From assembly GCA_039033995.1 (NCBI GenBank), contig JBCCBP010000001.1, positions 22,201 to 86,200 of the forward strand: a stretch of 64,000 bases of DNA. The letters are read 5' to 3'. Positions 1 to 11,678 of this stretch are shown one piece after another; the stretch's first letter is position 1; each line of letters begins with the position of its first letter. This DNA is from Pseudomonadota bacterium. Lineage in GTDB: Bacteria; Pseudomonadota; Gammaproteobacteria; Steroidobacterales; Woeseiaceae. Below the pieces are notes generated by a model. The model made no database searches, was not told the origin of the DNA, and saw only the letters and a list, made by a program, of their open reading frames with translations. The position numbers and the translations under genes were made by a program.

Positions 1-12
1 CCGCCTGGGCAC

Positions 13-43
13 GGCCAGCACCTGCGTCACACAAGTGCTGGCC
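13..43. terminator. Inverted repeat GGCCAGCAC-N13-GTGCTGGCC just downstream of the glnA stop; terminator-like hairpin, possibly bidirectional
   Basis: Perfect 9-bp arms read at 13-21 and 35-43. A T-run (attttta) follows on the plus strand only; there is no U-tract on the glnA strand. Confidence 0.35.
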
Positions 44-54
44 AATACCGATTT

Positions 55-1464
55 TTACAGGCTGTAGTACATGTCGAACTCGATCGGATGGGTGGTCATG
101 CGCAGACGCGTGACTTCTTCCATCTTCAGGTCCAGATAACCTTCGATCAGATCCGCCGTGAAGACATCGCCAGCCAGCAGGAACTCGTGGTCCGCTTTCA
201 GCGCGTTCAGTGCCTCTTCGAGGGAGAAGGCGACATGATCGAGCTTGGCTTCCTCTTCCGGCGGCAGATCGTAAAGATCTTTATCCGACGGATCGCCTGG
301 GTGGATCTTGTTCTTGATGCCGTCGAGGCCAGCCATCAACATCGCGGTGAATGCGAAGTAAGGGTTGGCCATCGAGTCACCGAAACGCACTTCGATGCGG
401 CGACCTTTCGGGTTGGAGATAAACGGAATCCGAATCGACGCCGAGCGGTTACGCGCGGAGTAGGCAAGGATGGTCGGCGCTTCGAAACCGGGGACCAGAC
501 GCTTGTAGCTGTTGGTTGCCGGGTTAGCGAACGCGTTGATCGCCTTGGCGTGCTTGATGATCCCGCCGATGTAGTACAACGCGGTCTCGGACAAACCACC
601 GTAGCCGTCGCCGGTGAACAGGTTCTTGCCGTCTTTCGACAGTGATTGGTGAACGTGCATGCCGTTACCGTTGTCGCCAACGAGCGGCTTCGGCATGAAC
701 GTTGCCGTCTTGCCGTAGCTGTGCGCGACGTTGTGCACGACATATTTCAGGATCTGCACTTCGTCGGCTTTTTTCGTCAACGTGTTGAACTTAGCACCGA
801 TCTCGCACTGTCCCGCCGTGGCGACCTCGTGGTGATGGACTTCGGTTTCGATGCCCATTTCCTCCAACGCGAGACACATCGCGCCACGCAGGTCATGCAG
901 CGAATCGACCGGCGGTACTGGGAAATAGCCGCCTTTCATGCCCGGGCGGTGACCGTAGTTGCCACCGTCCATTTCAGCGCCGGAGTTCCAGCAGCCTTCG
1001 ACGGAGTTAATCTTGTAGAACGCTTCGTTGATGCTGTCGCCGAAACGCACGTCATCGAATACGAAGAATTCGTTCTCGGGGCCAAAATACGCTTCGTCAG
1101 CGATACCGGACGACTTCAAATAGTCCTCGGCGCGCTTCGACAAAGAACGCGGGTCGCGTCCGTAGCCTTGCATCGTGGCCGGCTCGATCACATCGCAACG
1201 CAGGTTGACGGTGGTTTCCTCGGCGAACACATCGACGACAGCGGTGCCGGTGTCTGGCATCAGAATCATGTCCGACTCATTAATACCCTTCCAACCGGCG
1301 ATCGAAGAGCCGTCAAACATCTTGCCCTCTTCAAACAGGTCTTCGTCGATGGTGTGAGCGGGCACCGTGACGTGTTGTTCCTTACCTTTGGTATCGGTAA
1401 AGCGGAAGTCGACGAACTTGGCGTCGCTTTCCTTTAATAGTTTCAGTACATCAGCGCTACTCAT
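55..1464 (-). CDS. glnA: Glutamine synthetase type I
   Basis: Full-length 469-aa ORF. It has typical GSI sequence throughout ([12 protein letters not shown]..., ...[20 protein letters not shown]..., ...NRSASIRIP...) and an adenylylation-loop-like region ([11 protein letters not shown]). Confidence 0.97.
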   Translation of the reverse strand: MSSADVLKLLKESDAKFVDFRFTDTKGKEQHVTVPAHTIDEDLFEEGKMFDGSSIAGWKGINESDMILMPDTGTAVVDVFAEETTVNLRCDVIEPATMQGYGRDPRSLSKRAEDYLKSSGIADEAYFGPENEFFVFDDVRFGDSINEAFYKINSVEGCWNSGAEMDGGNYGHRPGMKGGYFPVPPVDSLHDLRGAMCLALEEMGIETEVHHHEVATAGQCEIGAKFNTLTKKADEVQILKYVVHNVAHSYGKTATFMPKPLVGDNGNGMHVHQSLSKDGKNLFTGDGYGGLSETALYYIGGIIKHAKAINAFANPATNSYKRLVPGFEAPTILAYSARNRSASIRIPFISNPKGRRIEVRFGDSMANPYFAFTAMLMAGLDGIKNKIHPGDPSDKDLYDLPPEEEAKLDHVAFSLEEALNALKADHEFLLAGDVFTADLIEGYLDLKMEEVTRLRMTTHPIEFDMYYSL

Positions 1465-1575
1465 TCCTTTCCTCCAGTTGGATGCGTTTGCAAAATTGCG
1501 GTGTCGCAGGCGTCATGGTCGGTCTGCAGCCTGCGCTGCGCCAACCATGCATGCTCTTCGATTTCCCCACAACAG

Positions 1576-1591
1576 TGCATGATATGTGCCA
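1576..1591 (-). promoter_or_regulatory. Sigma54 (-24/-12) promoter candidate for glnA
   Basis: The minus strand reads TGGCAC-ATATC-ATGCA against the consensus TGGCAC-N5-TTGCA. It lies about 110-125 nt upstream of the glnA start. Confidence 0.55.
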
Positions 1592-1653
1592 GTCGATGCA
1601 CTCTTCTAAGTCGCTGAAAAATCGTGGATAATGGTTTCGCACGTCAGCGCTTT

Positions 1654-1670
1654 TGCACAAATCTGGCCCA
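1654..1670. promoter_or_regulatory. NtrC-type enhancer site candidate (weaker)
   Basis: TGCACAAATCTGGCCCA against TGCACYA-N3-TGGTGCA, with 2 mismatches in the right arm. Its centre is 31 bp from the stronger site. Confidence 0.4.
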
Positions 1671-1684
1671 GATCTGACAGCGTT

Positions 1685-1701
1685 TGCGCTATTTTGGTGC
1701 A
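1685..1701. promoter_or_regulatory. NtrC-type enhancer site candidate
   Basis: TGCGCTATTTTGGTGCA matches TGCACYA-N3-TGGTGCA with one mismatch. It lies about 100 bp upstream of the sigma54 element, as in classical glnAp2 architecture. Confidence 0.55.
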
Positions 1702-1814
1702 TTCAGCCAGAAACCGCCGTGAGTTTCCGGCGGGCAAGCGGATCGGCAAGCACGCCGCAACCCGCTATAATCGCGCGTTTGCCATCCTCTAGCCTCAGAG
1801 ATCGTTTCGAATTC

Positions 1815-2756
1815 ATGAGTACACACGTCAAGGCGATGCCGGTCGCGGACACGCGCCCGTCCACTTTTCAGGAGCTGATTCTGATCCTGCAGCAATTCTG
1901 GGCTGACGCGGGCTGCGTCATTCAGCAGCCTTTGGATATGCCGGTGGGGGCAGGCACGTTTCATCCGGCGACATTCCTGCGCGCGATCGGCCCGGAGCCC
2001 TGGAGCGCGGCCTATGTGCAGCCCTGCCGCCGCCCGACGGACGGTCGCTATGGCGATAACCCGTTCCGACTGCAGCATTATTATCAATACCAGGTCGTCA
2101 TCAAACCGTCGCCGCTCGACATTCAGGATCTTTACCTGAATTCGTTGCGCGTGCTGGGCATCGATCCATTAGTGCATGACATTCGCTTTGTCGAAGACAA
2201 CTGGGAATCGCCAACACTCGGTGCCTGGGGGCTCGGCTGGGAAGTCTGGCTGAACGGCATGGAGGTCACGCAGTTCACGTACTTCCAGCAAGCGGGCGGT
2301 CTGGAGTGCAAACCGGTCACCGGCGAAATCACTTACGGTCTCGAACGCATCGCGATGTACCTGCAAGATGTCGAGAACATCTTCGATCTTGTCTGGACAG
2401 ACGGCCCGCTCGGTCGCATCACCTACGGCGACGTATATCACCAGAACGAGGTGGAGCAGTCCGCGTTCAATTTCGAGCATGCCGATGTGCCGGCGGCCTT
2501 GAAAACTTTTGATGACGCCGAAGCGATGTGCCAGCAATTGATCGAACAGTCGCTGCCGTTGCCGGCGTACGAACAAGTGTTGATCGCCTCACATTACTTC
2601 AACCTGCTGGATGCGCGACAGGCGATTTCGGTGACGGAGCGCCAGGCCTACATCCTGCGCGTGCGTGCGATGGCGCGCGCCGTCGCTGAACAATATTACG
2701 AGCGCCGCGAAGCGCTGGGCTTCCCGATGGTCGCCAGCGTCAAGCAAGCGAGCTAA
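1815..2756 (+). CDS. glyQ: Glycine--tRNA ligase alpha subunit
   Basis: The ORF was trimmed to the internal ATG (MSTHVKAM...[18 protein letters not shown]...). The GlyQ core is highly conserved ([33 protein letters not shown]) and glyS follows. Confidence 0.95.
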   Translation: MSTHVKAMPVADTRPSTFQELILILQQFWADAGCVIQQPLDMPVGAGTFHPATFLRAIGPEPWSAAYVQPCRRPTDGRYGDNPFRLQHYYQYQVVIKPSPLDIQDLYLNSLRVLGIDPLVHDIRFVEDNWESPTLGAWGLGWEVWLNGMEVTQFTYFQQAGGLECKPVTGEITYGLERIAMYLQDVENIFDLVWTDGPLGRITYGDVYHQNEVEQSAFNFEHADVPAALKTFDDAEAMCQQLIEQSLPLPAYEQVLIASHYFNLLDARQAISVTERQAYILRVRAMARAVAEQYYERREALGFPMVASVKQAS

Positions 2757-2776
2757 CGAACACAGCAGGCGAAACA

Positions 2777-4873
2777 GTGAACGATACGACGAACAACAAC
2801 GACTGCCTGATCGAGCTCGGTATGGAGGAGCTGCCGCCGAAAGCCATGCTGCCATTGATGCAGGCGCTGCGCGATGGACTCCATGCCGCACTGGAAAACC
2901 AGCGCCTGAGCTTCGAGGGCGTCGAGGCCTATGCCGCACCGCGACGGCTGGCCGTGATCATTCGCGCATTGGCGGCACAACAACCTGACGAACAGCGCGT
3001 GATGCGCGGGCCACCCGTGAAAGTGGCTTTCGACGCCGAAGGCCAACCGACCAAAGCGGCGGAAGCTTTCGCGAAGAAGGCGGGCGTGTCGATCGACGCA
3101 CTGGATCGCGAGGTCACCGACAAGGGCGAATGGCTGCAAGCGACCGCGTTCGAGGCCGGCAAACCAGCGGCCGATGTCCTCTCTGATGTTTTGCCTGGCG
3201 TGCTCGATCAGCTGCCCATCCCGCGTCGCATGCGCTGGGGCGACAGCGACGCGAGTTTCGTGCGGCCATTGCATTGGCTCGTCGCCTTGCATGGCGACGC
3301 TGTTCTGCCGCTAACGCTGTTTGGCGTCGAGGCAGACCGCCTCACGCTGGGACACCGGTTCCACAGCGACGGCGCGGTGACGATCAATTCGCCGGCCGAT
3401 TATTTGCCAAGCCTGGAAGCGGCGTACGTCGTGGCCGATGTCACGGTGCGTCGCAGCAAACTGTGGACGGCGGTGCAGCAGGCGGCGGCTTCCATCGACT
3501 GCGAAGTACAAGAGGACGGCGACCTCATCGACGAGACGACGGCGCTGTGCGACTGGCCGGTGGCGGTGATCGGCGAGTTTGATCCCCGATTTTTGGCGTT
3601 GCCGCCCGAGGTGCTCGTCTCGACGTTGAAAGTGCATCAACGTTATTTCCCGACGTACAACAGCGACGGCGAACTGCAGCCCTATTTCATTACCGTTGCC
3701 AATATCGACAGCAGAGACCCTGCTGCTGTGAAACAAGGTAACGAACGCGTGGTGGCACCACGATTGGGCGACGCCGAGTTTTTCTGGCGCAATGATCGTA
3801 AGACAACGCTGGCATCGCGAATCGAGAGTCTCGGACAAATCGTCTACCAGCGGCAGTTGGGTACGCTGGCGGCCAAAGTCGAGCGGATCAGCGCGTTGGC
3901 GGCAACACTGACGGAAGCACTCGGCGCGGACAGCACCGACGTTGGGCGGGCAGTCGCTTTGATGCGTACCGATCTCGTCACGGACATGGTCGGCGAGTTC
4001 CCGGACTTGCAAGGCACGATGGGTGCCTACTATGCCGCGGCCGACGGGGAGCCGGACACAGTGGTGCAGGCGATTCGTGAGCAATATCTGCCGCGCTTCG
4101 CCGGCGACCGTCTGCCCGAGAGCAAAACAGGTATGGTCGTCGCCATCGCCGATCGTGCCGATACGCTCGCCGGTATTTTCGCGATCGGTAAACGGCCAAC
4201 CGGCAACCGGGATCCGTTCGGCTTGCGCCGCGCCGCGCTCGGTTTGCTGCGCATCCTGATCGAGCATCGACTCGAAATCGATTTGCCAGCCCTGCTCGAC
4301 CGAGCGGTGCAGCAACAGCCGATTGATGTCAGCGAACATCCGGAGTTGGCAGAAGATTTGTACGATTTCGTGTTGGAGCGATTGCGCAACTACTACCAAT
4401 CGGTCACCACCGGTGAAACACCCGGGCTATTCGATGCCGTCAGCGCGCGCCAGCCGCGATCAATGGCGGACTTCGATGCACGCCTGAAGGCCGTCGTTAG
4501 TTTTGTGCAGCAACAAGCGGCTCAAACGCTGGCCGGGGCCAATAAGCGTATCGCTAATATTCTGCGCAACGGCGGTATCGATGCGACCGCAACGCTCGAA
4601 CACGACGCGTTGTCGGAGCCCGCGGAAATCGCATTGGGCAGCGCACTGAATGCTGCGCAGCAAAAACTGGAGCCGTTGCTCGCCGAGCGTCAATACGAAC
4701 AAGCCTTGCACGCGCTTTGCGAACTGGGCGCACCCGTCGCAATGTTCTTCGATGACGTCATGGTGATGGCAGACGACATTGCCACGCGGCGTAATCGCAT
4801 GGCGTTGTTGGCGGAGGTGCGCGCCCTGTTCCTCGAGATTGCCGACATCTCGGAACTGCAGTTCTCGCATTGA
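2777..4873 (+). CDS. glyS: Glycine--tRNA ligase beta subunit
   Basis: 698-aa ORF with a GTG start 20 nt after glyQ. N-terminus LIELGMEELPPK and a GlyS-typical body (HQRYFP, DPFGLRRAALG). Confidence 0.95.
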   Translation: MNDTTNNNDCLIELGMEELPPKAMLPLMQALRDGLHAALENQRLSFEGVEAYAAPRRLAVIIRALAAQQPDEQRVMRGPPVKVAFDAEGQPTKAAEAFAKKAGVSIDALDREVTDKGEWLQATAFEAGKPAADVLSDVLPGVLDQLPIPRRMRWGDSDASFVRPLHWLVALHGDAVLPLTLFGVEADRLTLGHRFHSDGAVTINSPADYLPSLEAAYVVADVTVRRSKLWTAVQQAAASIDCEVQEDGDLIDETTALCDWPVAVIGEFDPRFLALPPEVLVSTLKVHQRYFPTYNSDGELQPYFITVANIDSRDPAAVKQGNERVVAPRLGDAEFFWRNDRKTTLASRIESLGQIVYQRQLGTLAAKVERISALAATLTEALGADSTDVGRAVALMRTDLVTDMVGEFPDLQGTMGAYYAAADGEPDTVVQAIREQYLPRFAGDRLPESKTGMVVAIADRADTLAGIFAIGKRPTGNRDPFGLRRAALGLLRILIEHRLEIDLPALLDRAVQQQPIDVSEHPELAEDLYDFVLERLRNYYQSVTTGETPGLFDAVSARQPRSMADFDARLKAVVSFVQQQAAQTLAGANKRIANILRNGGIDATATLEHDALSEPAEIALGSALNAAQQKLEPLLAERQYEQALHALCELGAPVAMFFDDVMVMADDIATRRNRMALLAEVRALFLEIADISELQFSH

Positions 4874-5445
4874 GGGCAGACGCCGTGACGGCTTTGGTGA
4901 TTCTGGATCGTGACGGCGTGATCAACGAAGATTCTGATGCGTTCGTGAAGTCGGTGTCAGAATGGCGGCCGATTCCGGGCAGTGTCGAGGCGATCGCAAG
5001 ACTGTCTTCGGCGGGTTTCACCATTGCGGTCGCGACCAATCAATCCGGCGTCGGACGCGGGCTGTTCAGCCGCGAGACCGTCTATCGCATGCATGCCAAG
5101 ATGCGGCGGTTGGTCCGCGCGGCCGGCGGTGAGATTGCGCATGTTGTCTTCTGCCCGCACCGGCCGGATGAAGGCTGCGATTGCCGCAAGCCGCTGCCGG
5201 GATTGCTGCACCAGATCGAGCATTTATCAGGCATCGCTTTACCTGGTGCCTGGATGGTCGGGGATTCACTGCGTGACTTACAGGCAGGCGAGGCCGTCGG
5301 CTGCCGGTTGCTATTGGTCCGCACAGGTAAAGGCGTGGCGACAGAGCAGAACGTAAAAGATGATCCACCGCATTGGTGGTCTGCTGTCACAATCGTCGAT
5401 GATCTGGCAGCCGCAGCGGACGTCATGCTGGAGGTCGCCGCATGA
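4870..5445 (+). CDS. gmhB: D-glycero-beta-D-manno-heptose-1,7-bisphosphate 7-phosphatase (HAD family)
   Basis: HAD motif I LDRDGVIN, TNQSG, the Zn-finger insertion CPHRPDEGCDCRKP, and GDSLRD. The start is ambiguous (TTG 4870 or GTG 4885). The ORF overlaps the glyS stop. Confidence 0.85.
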   Translation: MRADAVTALVILDRDGVINEDSDAFVKSVSEWRPIPGSVEAIARLSSAGFTIAVATNQSGVGRGLFSRETVYRMHAKMRRLVRAAGGEIAHVVFCPHRPDEGCDCRKPLPGLLHQIEHLSGIALPGAWMVGDSLRDLQAGEAVGCRLLLVRTGKGVATEQNVKDDPPHWWSAVTIVDDLAAAADVMLEVAA

Positions 5446-6182
5446 GTTTTATCCGCCAATGGCTTGGCTCGCTGATCTTCACGTTTTGGATGTTTTTCAG
5501 TGTCGTGTTCTACGCAATTGCGATCATCCTGCTGTTCTGGGCGCCGTATCGGATGCGCTTTGCGGTGGCAAAAGGTTGGGCCGCAATGATCATGGCGAGT
5601 ATCCGGTTACTGTGCGGCGTGCGGTTTGAAGTCAAAGGACGCGAGAATCTGCCGGACGAATCCGCCATTTTTCTGTTGAAGCATTCCTCTGCGTTCGAAA
5701 CGCTCGCCGAGATCGTGATCTTTTCAGAACAAGCCTGGGTGCTAAAGCGCGAGCTGCAATGGGTGCCGATTTTCGGCTGGGCCCTCAAATTGCTGCGCCC
5801 GATTGCGATCAACCGCAAAGGTGGGCGCAATGCGGTCAGCCAGATCATTCAGCAAGGTACTGAACTGCTTGACGACGGCATTAACGTGATGATTTTTCCG
5901 GAAGGTACCCGCGTGCGGCATGGCGAGACGCGTCGCTATGGCATGAGCGGTGCTGCACTCGCACAAGCGACGGGGCGCGCGTTGATCCCGGTCGCCCACA
6001 ATGCCGGCAAATTCTGGCCGCGGCGCGGCATTATCAAATATCCGGGTACGGTCACGTTTGTTATCGGCAAGCCGGTGTGGGTCGGTGACCAGGACATTCG
6101 TGACGTCAACGTCAAGATCCAGCGCTGGGTCGAGGCCGAGATCGTCGCGATGGATAACCAGCCGGTGGCCGCTCATGCCTGA
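5442..6182 (+). CDS. plsC: 1-acyl-sn-glycerol-3-phosphate acyltransferase
   Basis: ATGA overlap with gmhB. It has an N-terminal TM segment, an acyltransferase block I variant (KHSSAFE) and block III (FPEGTR). The glyQS-gmhB-plsC order is as in Pseudomonas-type genomes. Confidence 0.85.
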   Translation: MSFIRQWLGSLIFTFWMFFSVVFYAIAIILLFWAPYRMRFAVAKGWAAMIMASIRLLCGVRFEVKGRENLPDESAIFLLKHSSAFETLAEIVIFSEQAWVLKRELQWVPIFGWALKLLRPIAINRKGGRNAVSQIIQQGTELLDDGINVMIFPEGTRVRHGETRRYGMSGAALAQATGRALIPVAHNAGKFWPRRGIIKYPGTVTFVIGKPVWVGDQDIRDVNVKIQRWVEAEIVAMDNQPVAAHA

Positions 6183-6211
6183 GCTCGTGAATCAAACTAT
6201 CGGATAACCTC

Positions 6212-7090
6212 ATGCCAAGCCGGGAACACGAACAGATCGTCACGATGCTGGCGGCCAACGCCAGCGCCGAGACGCTGCCGATTGAGCAACAACGGCTGAA
6301 TATGGAGGCCGTCTCCGAGATGTTCCCGCTACCCGATGATGTGCAGGTCGACGCAGTCGTCTGCAATGAGGTGGTCGCGGATTGGATCAGCTTGGCGGAC
6401 AGCGATCTTTCGCGCGTCGTCATGTATCTGCACGGCGGCGCCTACACCAAGGGCTCACGACAAACCCACCGCGAGCTCGCCAGTCGCATCGCCCGCGCAT
6501 CGGGCGCGTGTGTGCTGCTACCAGAGTACCGACTGGCACCGGAGCATCCGTGCCCGGCGGGTATCGACGACGCGATGGCCTGCTGGCAGTGGTTGATCGC
6601 TGAAGGATATCGATTGGATCAGCTTGCGATCGCCGGAGATTCGGCGGGCGCCGGCTTGGCGCTGGCATTGCTGCAAACGGCCAAAGCACAAGGCATACCG
6701 CGGCCAGCGCGTGCCGCGTTGATCGCGCCGTGGGTTGACCTGGAACTGGCCGGGCCTTCGGCTCAGGCGGGGATTGTGGATGACCCGATGTTGCAACGCG
6801 ATAGATTGCTCGCTGATGCGCAGCATTATGCGGGAGACGACTTGCGGCGCTGGCAGGCGTCACCGTTGTACGGTGATCTTAGTGATCTACCGCCGATGCT
6901 GGTCCAAGTCGGCGGGCGTGATCTGCTCGTGTCCGATAGCACGCGTCTGGCAAAACAGGCGCAGTCGTCCGGCAGCGATGTCACGCTCGAAGTCGAGGAC
7001 GGGCTGGTGCATGTCTGGCACTTTTTTCCGATGTTGCCAGAGTCGCAGTCGGCGATAGCGCGGTTGGGTGCTTTTCTGAGTGATCTCTGA
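6212..7090 (+). CDS. Alpha/beta hydrolase, hormone-sensitive-lipase-type esterase
   Basis: Oxyanion motif HGGAY, nucleophile elbow GDSAGAG and a C-terminal catalytic His region (DGLVHVW). Confidence 0.8.
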   Translation: MPSREHEQIVTMLAANASAETLPIEQQRLNMEAVSEMFPLPDDVQVDAVVCNEVVADWISLADSDLSRVVMYLHGGAYTKGSRQTHRELASRIARASGACVLLPEYRLAPEHPCPAGIDDAMACWQWLIAEGYRLDQLAIAGDSAGAGLALALLQTAKAQGIPRPARAALIAPWVDLELAGPSAQAGIVDDPMLQRDRLLADAQHYAGDDLRRWQASPLYGDLSDLPPMLVQVGGRDLLVSDSTRLAKQAQSSGSDVTLEVEDGLVHVWHFFPMLPESQSAIARLGAFLSDL

Positions 7091-7394
7091 ACAGGGTCAA
7101 CTTGGAGTTCGACAGCAAGCGCGTGTGTGTTCGCACATTCGCTGACAACCTGAATCTCTTTTCGCTGGCAAAATCGGTGGGCGGCGTGGTGTCGCTGGGC
7201 TGTGATTCTTCCACGATGACCCAAGCACCACTGAGCGAGGCAGCGAATCGTGACGCGGGCATAATTGGCGAGTTGAAACGATTGTCGGTGGGGGTTCATT
7301 GGGGGTGATGATCTGGTCGCGGACTTGCGGCAGACATTGGCGCCGGCAACTCTACAACACGCACAAGCGAGCACCCGTTGAATATTGAGAATCG

Positions 7395-8027
7395 CTAGCT
7401 GACTTGCGCGTGTAGCGCTTTACCTTTCTTCAATGCAGACCGAACCGGCCCAAGAAAGTCTTTGGAGAGGTTCTCGTGATTCGATTGATCGAGTGCCTGA
7501 CCGTCGGGCGTCGCGAGAAATTTGACGAGTTCTTTTTCGATGTGTGCGACCTCCGAGACGTTTAGTGCCACGTACTCGCATTCTGACGGCGTGGTTTCGC
7601 CAAGACGGCGTCCAAGATGCGCAAAGAACGGCAGATAAAGATATTCACGCTCGGTGGGCGGAATGGGTTTCGCGCGGCTGAAAAAGTGTTTCTTGAACAG
7701 ATGCGATGGCAGATCGGCAGCGACATACGGTGACAGAAACTCGTGAGACTCGGGACTAAACGCGATGTCTGCGCCGAGCGTATGGAAGGCATCAAAAACG
7801 AAACGATCCATGATGGGTAAATCAGACTCAGCCAGACCTTGATAATTGAAGCCTTGTGTCGCGATAGTGTCCGCGATGCGTTCGTAGTGCTGGATCTCTT
7901 TGGGTGAGTAGCCGCCAGACTCACCGATCTCATTCAACACCGTATCGACGATTCGTTGGCGATCGTGGGTGAGTGCCTGTTCAAAGGCATCGTCATCGTA
8001 GGAATGAAAGCACCAGTTGTAAGACAT
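7395..8027 (-). CDS. Hypothetical protein (orphan, no motif recognised)
   Basis: A clean 210-aa ORF on the same strand as gyrB and 39 nt downstream of it. Its G+C is visibly lower than its neighbours: hand counts on three 60-nt lines gave 26-31 G+C. There is no obvious Shine-Dalgarno sequence. Confidence 0.55.
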   Translation of the reverse strand: MSYNWCFHSYDDDAFEQALTHDRQRIVDTVLNEIGESGGYSPKEIQHYERIADTIATQGFNYQGLAESDLPIMDRFVFDAFHTLGADIAFSPESHEFLSPYVAADLPSHLFKKHFFSRAKPIPPTEREYLYLPFFAHLGRRLGETTPSECEYVALNVSEVAHIEKELVKFLATPDGQALDQSNHENLSKDFLGPVRSALKKGKALHAQVS

Positions 8028-8066
8028 CGGGGATGGCGAGCCGTCTAACAGACCACGCGTGGCGGT

Positions 8067-10547
<2,481 letters not shown>

Positions 10548-10596
10548 CTAAACAGAGTGCCGCGGGGTTATTGAGGCACCAGCGAAACAGCACCGG

Positions 10597-10612
10597 TGTT
10601 CCACGTGAAACA
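10597..10612. promoter_or_regulatory. parS centromere-like site (exact canonical sequence)
   Basis: TGTTCCACGTGAAACA equals the chromosomal parS consensus tGTTNCACGTGAAACa. It lies in the 102-bp recF-gyrB spacer. Confidence 0.8.
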
Positions 10613-10616
10613 GCCA

Positions 10617-11678
10617 TTAAGCGCTGTTCTGTACCACCTCACCTTGTTCCACGTGGAACGTCGCACCTGAGTGATTCTGGACAAAATCACTGGCATCGAT
10701 GGCAGTGACAATCCGTTGGGCATCGACCTTATCAACCAGACTCATCACACGCGCCAGTGAATCCGGATCCAGTTCCGCGGCCGGGTCATCGAGTAACAAC
10801 AACGCCCTGCCGTTATTCAAGCTCGCTAGGTGCTTCGTCTGTGCGAGTATAAAACTCGTCGCCAACAATTTTTGCTGTCCGCGCGATACCTGCTCTCGCG
10901 CCATCCGTTTTCGCCATTTGATCGCCAGTTCGGCACGGTGCGGCCCGACATGGGTGGTGCCGAGCGCCAGATCTCGCTCTTTCGACGACGCCAACGCTTC
11001 TTCCATACTGAGCGTATTGTTCCAGCCAGGGCGATATTCCACCGCAATATCCTTGAACCCCAGTGCTGCACAGGCCTCGTTGAATGCGGGTTCCAGCAAG
11101 CGCACGTAGCCGTGCCGGTAGGTATCGACCTCTGCCGCACTACCAATCAGCGCGTCATCCCACGGCGCTAATACCTGGTTCTGCTTCAAAGCAGCATTGC
11201 GCTGTTTTAGCGCCTTCCGGTAGCGCTGCCAGGCTTTCAGATAGCTTGGTTCCACGTGGAACACGCCGTAGTCCATAAATCGCCGCCGCGCCTCCGGGCC
11301 CTCTGATATCAAACGATGAATCTCGGGCTCGATCACTTCAACGACAAACTCACGGTTGATTTCCGCGAGATTGTTGGCATTACTGCCGTTGATCCTGATC
11401 TTGCTGGCGCCCTTGGCGGTTTCGATGCCCACACGGTGAACCCGGTCACCGGCAGCTAACTCACCGAATATTTGAAAATGTGGTTGGCCGTGCTGAATCA
11501 ACCGTTCTGCGCGGGACTGCCGGAAGGAACGGCCGCGCACCAAATAATAGATGGCTTCTAGCAAGCTGGTCTTGCCCGCGCCATTACGCCCCGTGATGAG
11601 AATGTCCTGGCCGCCGAGTTGTAGCTCAGCCTGCCCAATACACCGAAACTGGCTAACCGAGAATCGGTTCAGCGACAT
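10617..11678 (-). CDS. recF: DNA replication and repair protein RecF
   Basis: Trimmed to MSLNRFSVSQFRCI.... Walker A GRNGAGKTSLLEAI, signature-like SRGQQKLL and Walker B LLLDDP. The start codon overlaps the dnaN stop by 1 nt (TAATG). Confidence 0.93.
   Translation of the reverse strand: MSLNRFSVSQFRCIGQAELQLGGQDILITGRNGAGKTSLLEAIYYLVRGRSFRQSRAERLIQHGQPHFQIFGELAAGDRVHRVGIETAKGASKIRINGSNANNLAEINREFVVEVIEPEIHRLISEGPEARRRFMDYGVFHVEPSYLKAWQRYRKALKQRNAALKQNQVLAPWDDALIGSAAEVDTYRHGYVRLLEPAFNEACAALGFKDIAVEYRPGWNNTLSMEEALASSKERDLALGTTHVGPHRAELAIKWRKRMAREQVSRGQQKLLATSFILAQTKHLASLNNGRALLLLDDPAAELDPDSLARVMSLVDKVDAQRIVTAIDASDFVQNHSGATFHVEQGEVVQNSA
10645..10660. promoter_or_regulatory. parS-like palindrome inside the recF 3' end
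   Basis: TGTTCCACGTGGAACG. The core GTTCCACGTGGAAC is a perfect 14-bp palindrome with 2 deviations from the consensus outside the N position. It encodes ...TFHVEQ.... Confidence 0.6.
11248..11263. promoter_or_regulatory. parS-like palindrome inside recF
   Basis: GGTTCCACGTGGAACA, which reads TGTTCCACGTGGAACC on the other strand. It has the same perfect 14-bp core and encodes ...VFHVEP.... Confidence 0.55.

Noticed and set aside
3311-4399. A long antisense ORF (362 aa) opposite glyS. Similar long antisense or alternative-frame ORFs occur at 29803-30894 (363 aa), 45962-46945 (327 aa), 52113-53099 (328 aa), 37075-37710 (211 aa) and 46632-47165.
   Set aside because: Each lies fully opposite or inside a strongly supported conserved gene. 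Their translations are Arg/His/Ala/Gln-rich with no motifs. Such stop-free antisense frames are expected in GC-rich DNA.
7102-7308. A 68-aa ORF in the non-coding gap between the esterase and the orphan gene. I also looked there for tRNA or pseudogene remnants.
   Set aside because: It has no Shine-Dalgarno sequence, no recognisable sequence and no T-loop-like GGTTCGAATCC. The overlapping minus-strand ORFs (6826-7374, 6981-7262) run into the esterase gene and look spurious.
10646-11262. The two identical 14-mers in recF as a generic dispersed repeat or a transposon end.
   Set aside because: They are explained better as parS-type sites. No other copies or mobile genes are present. The alternative that they are merely a codon-bias coincidence of two FHVE peptides is kept as the null hypothesis in the corresponding finding.
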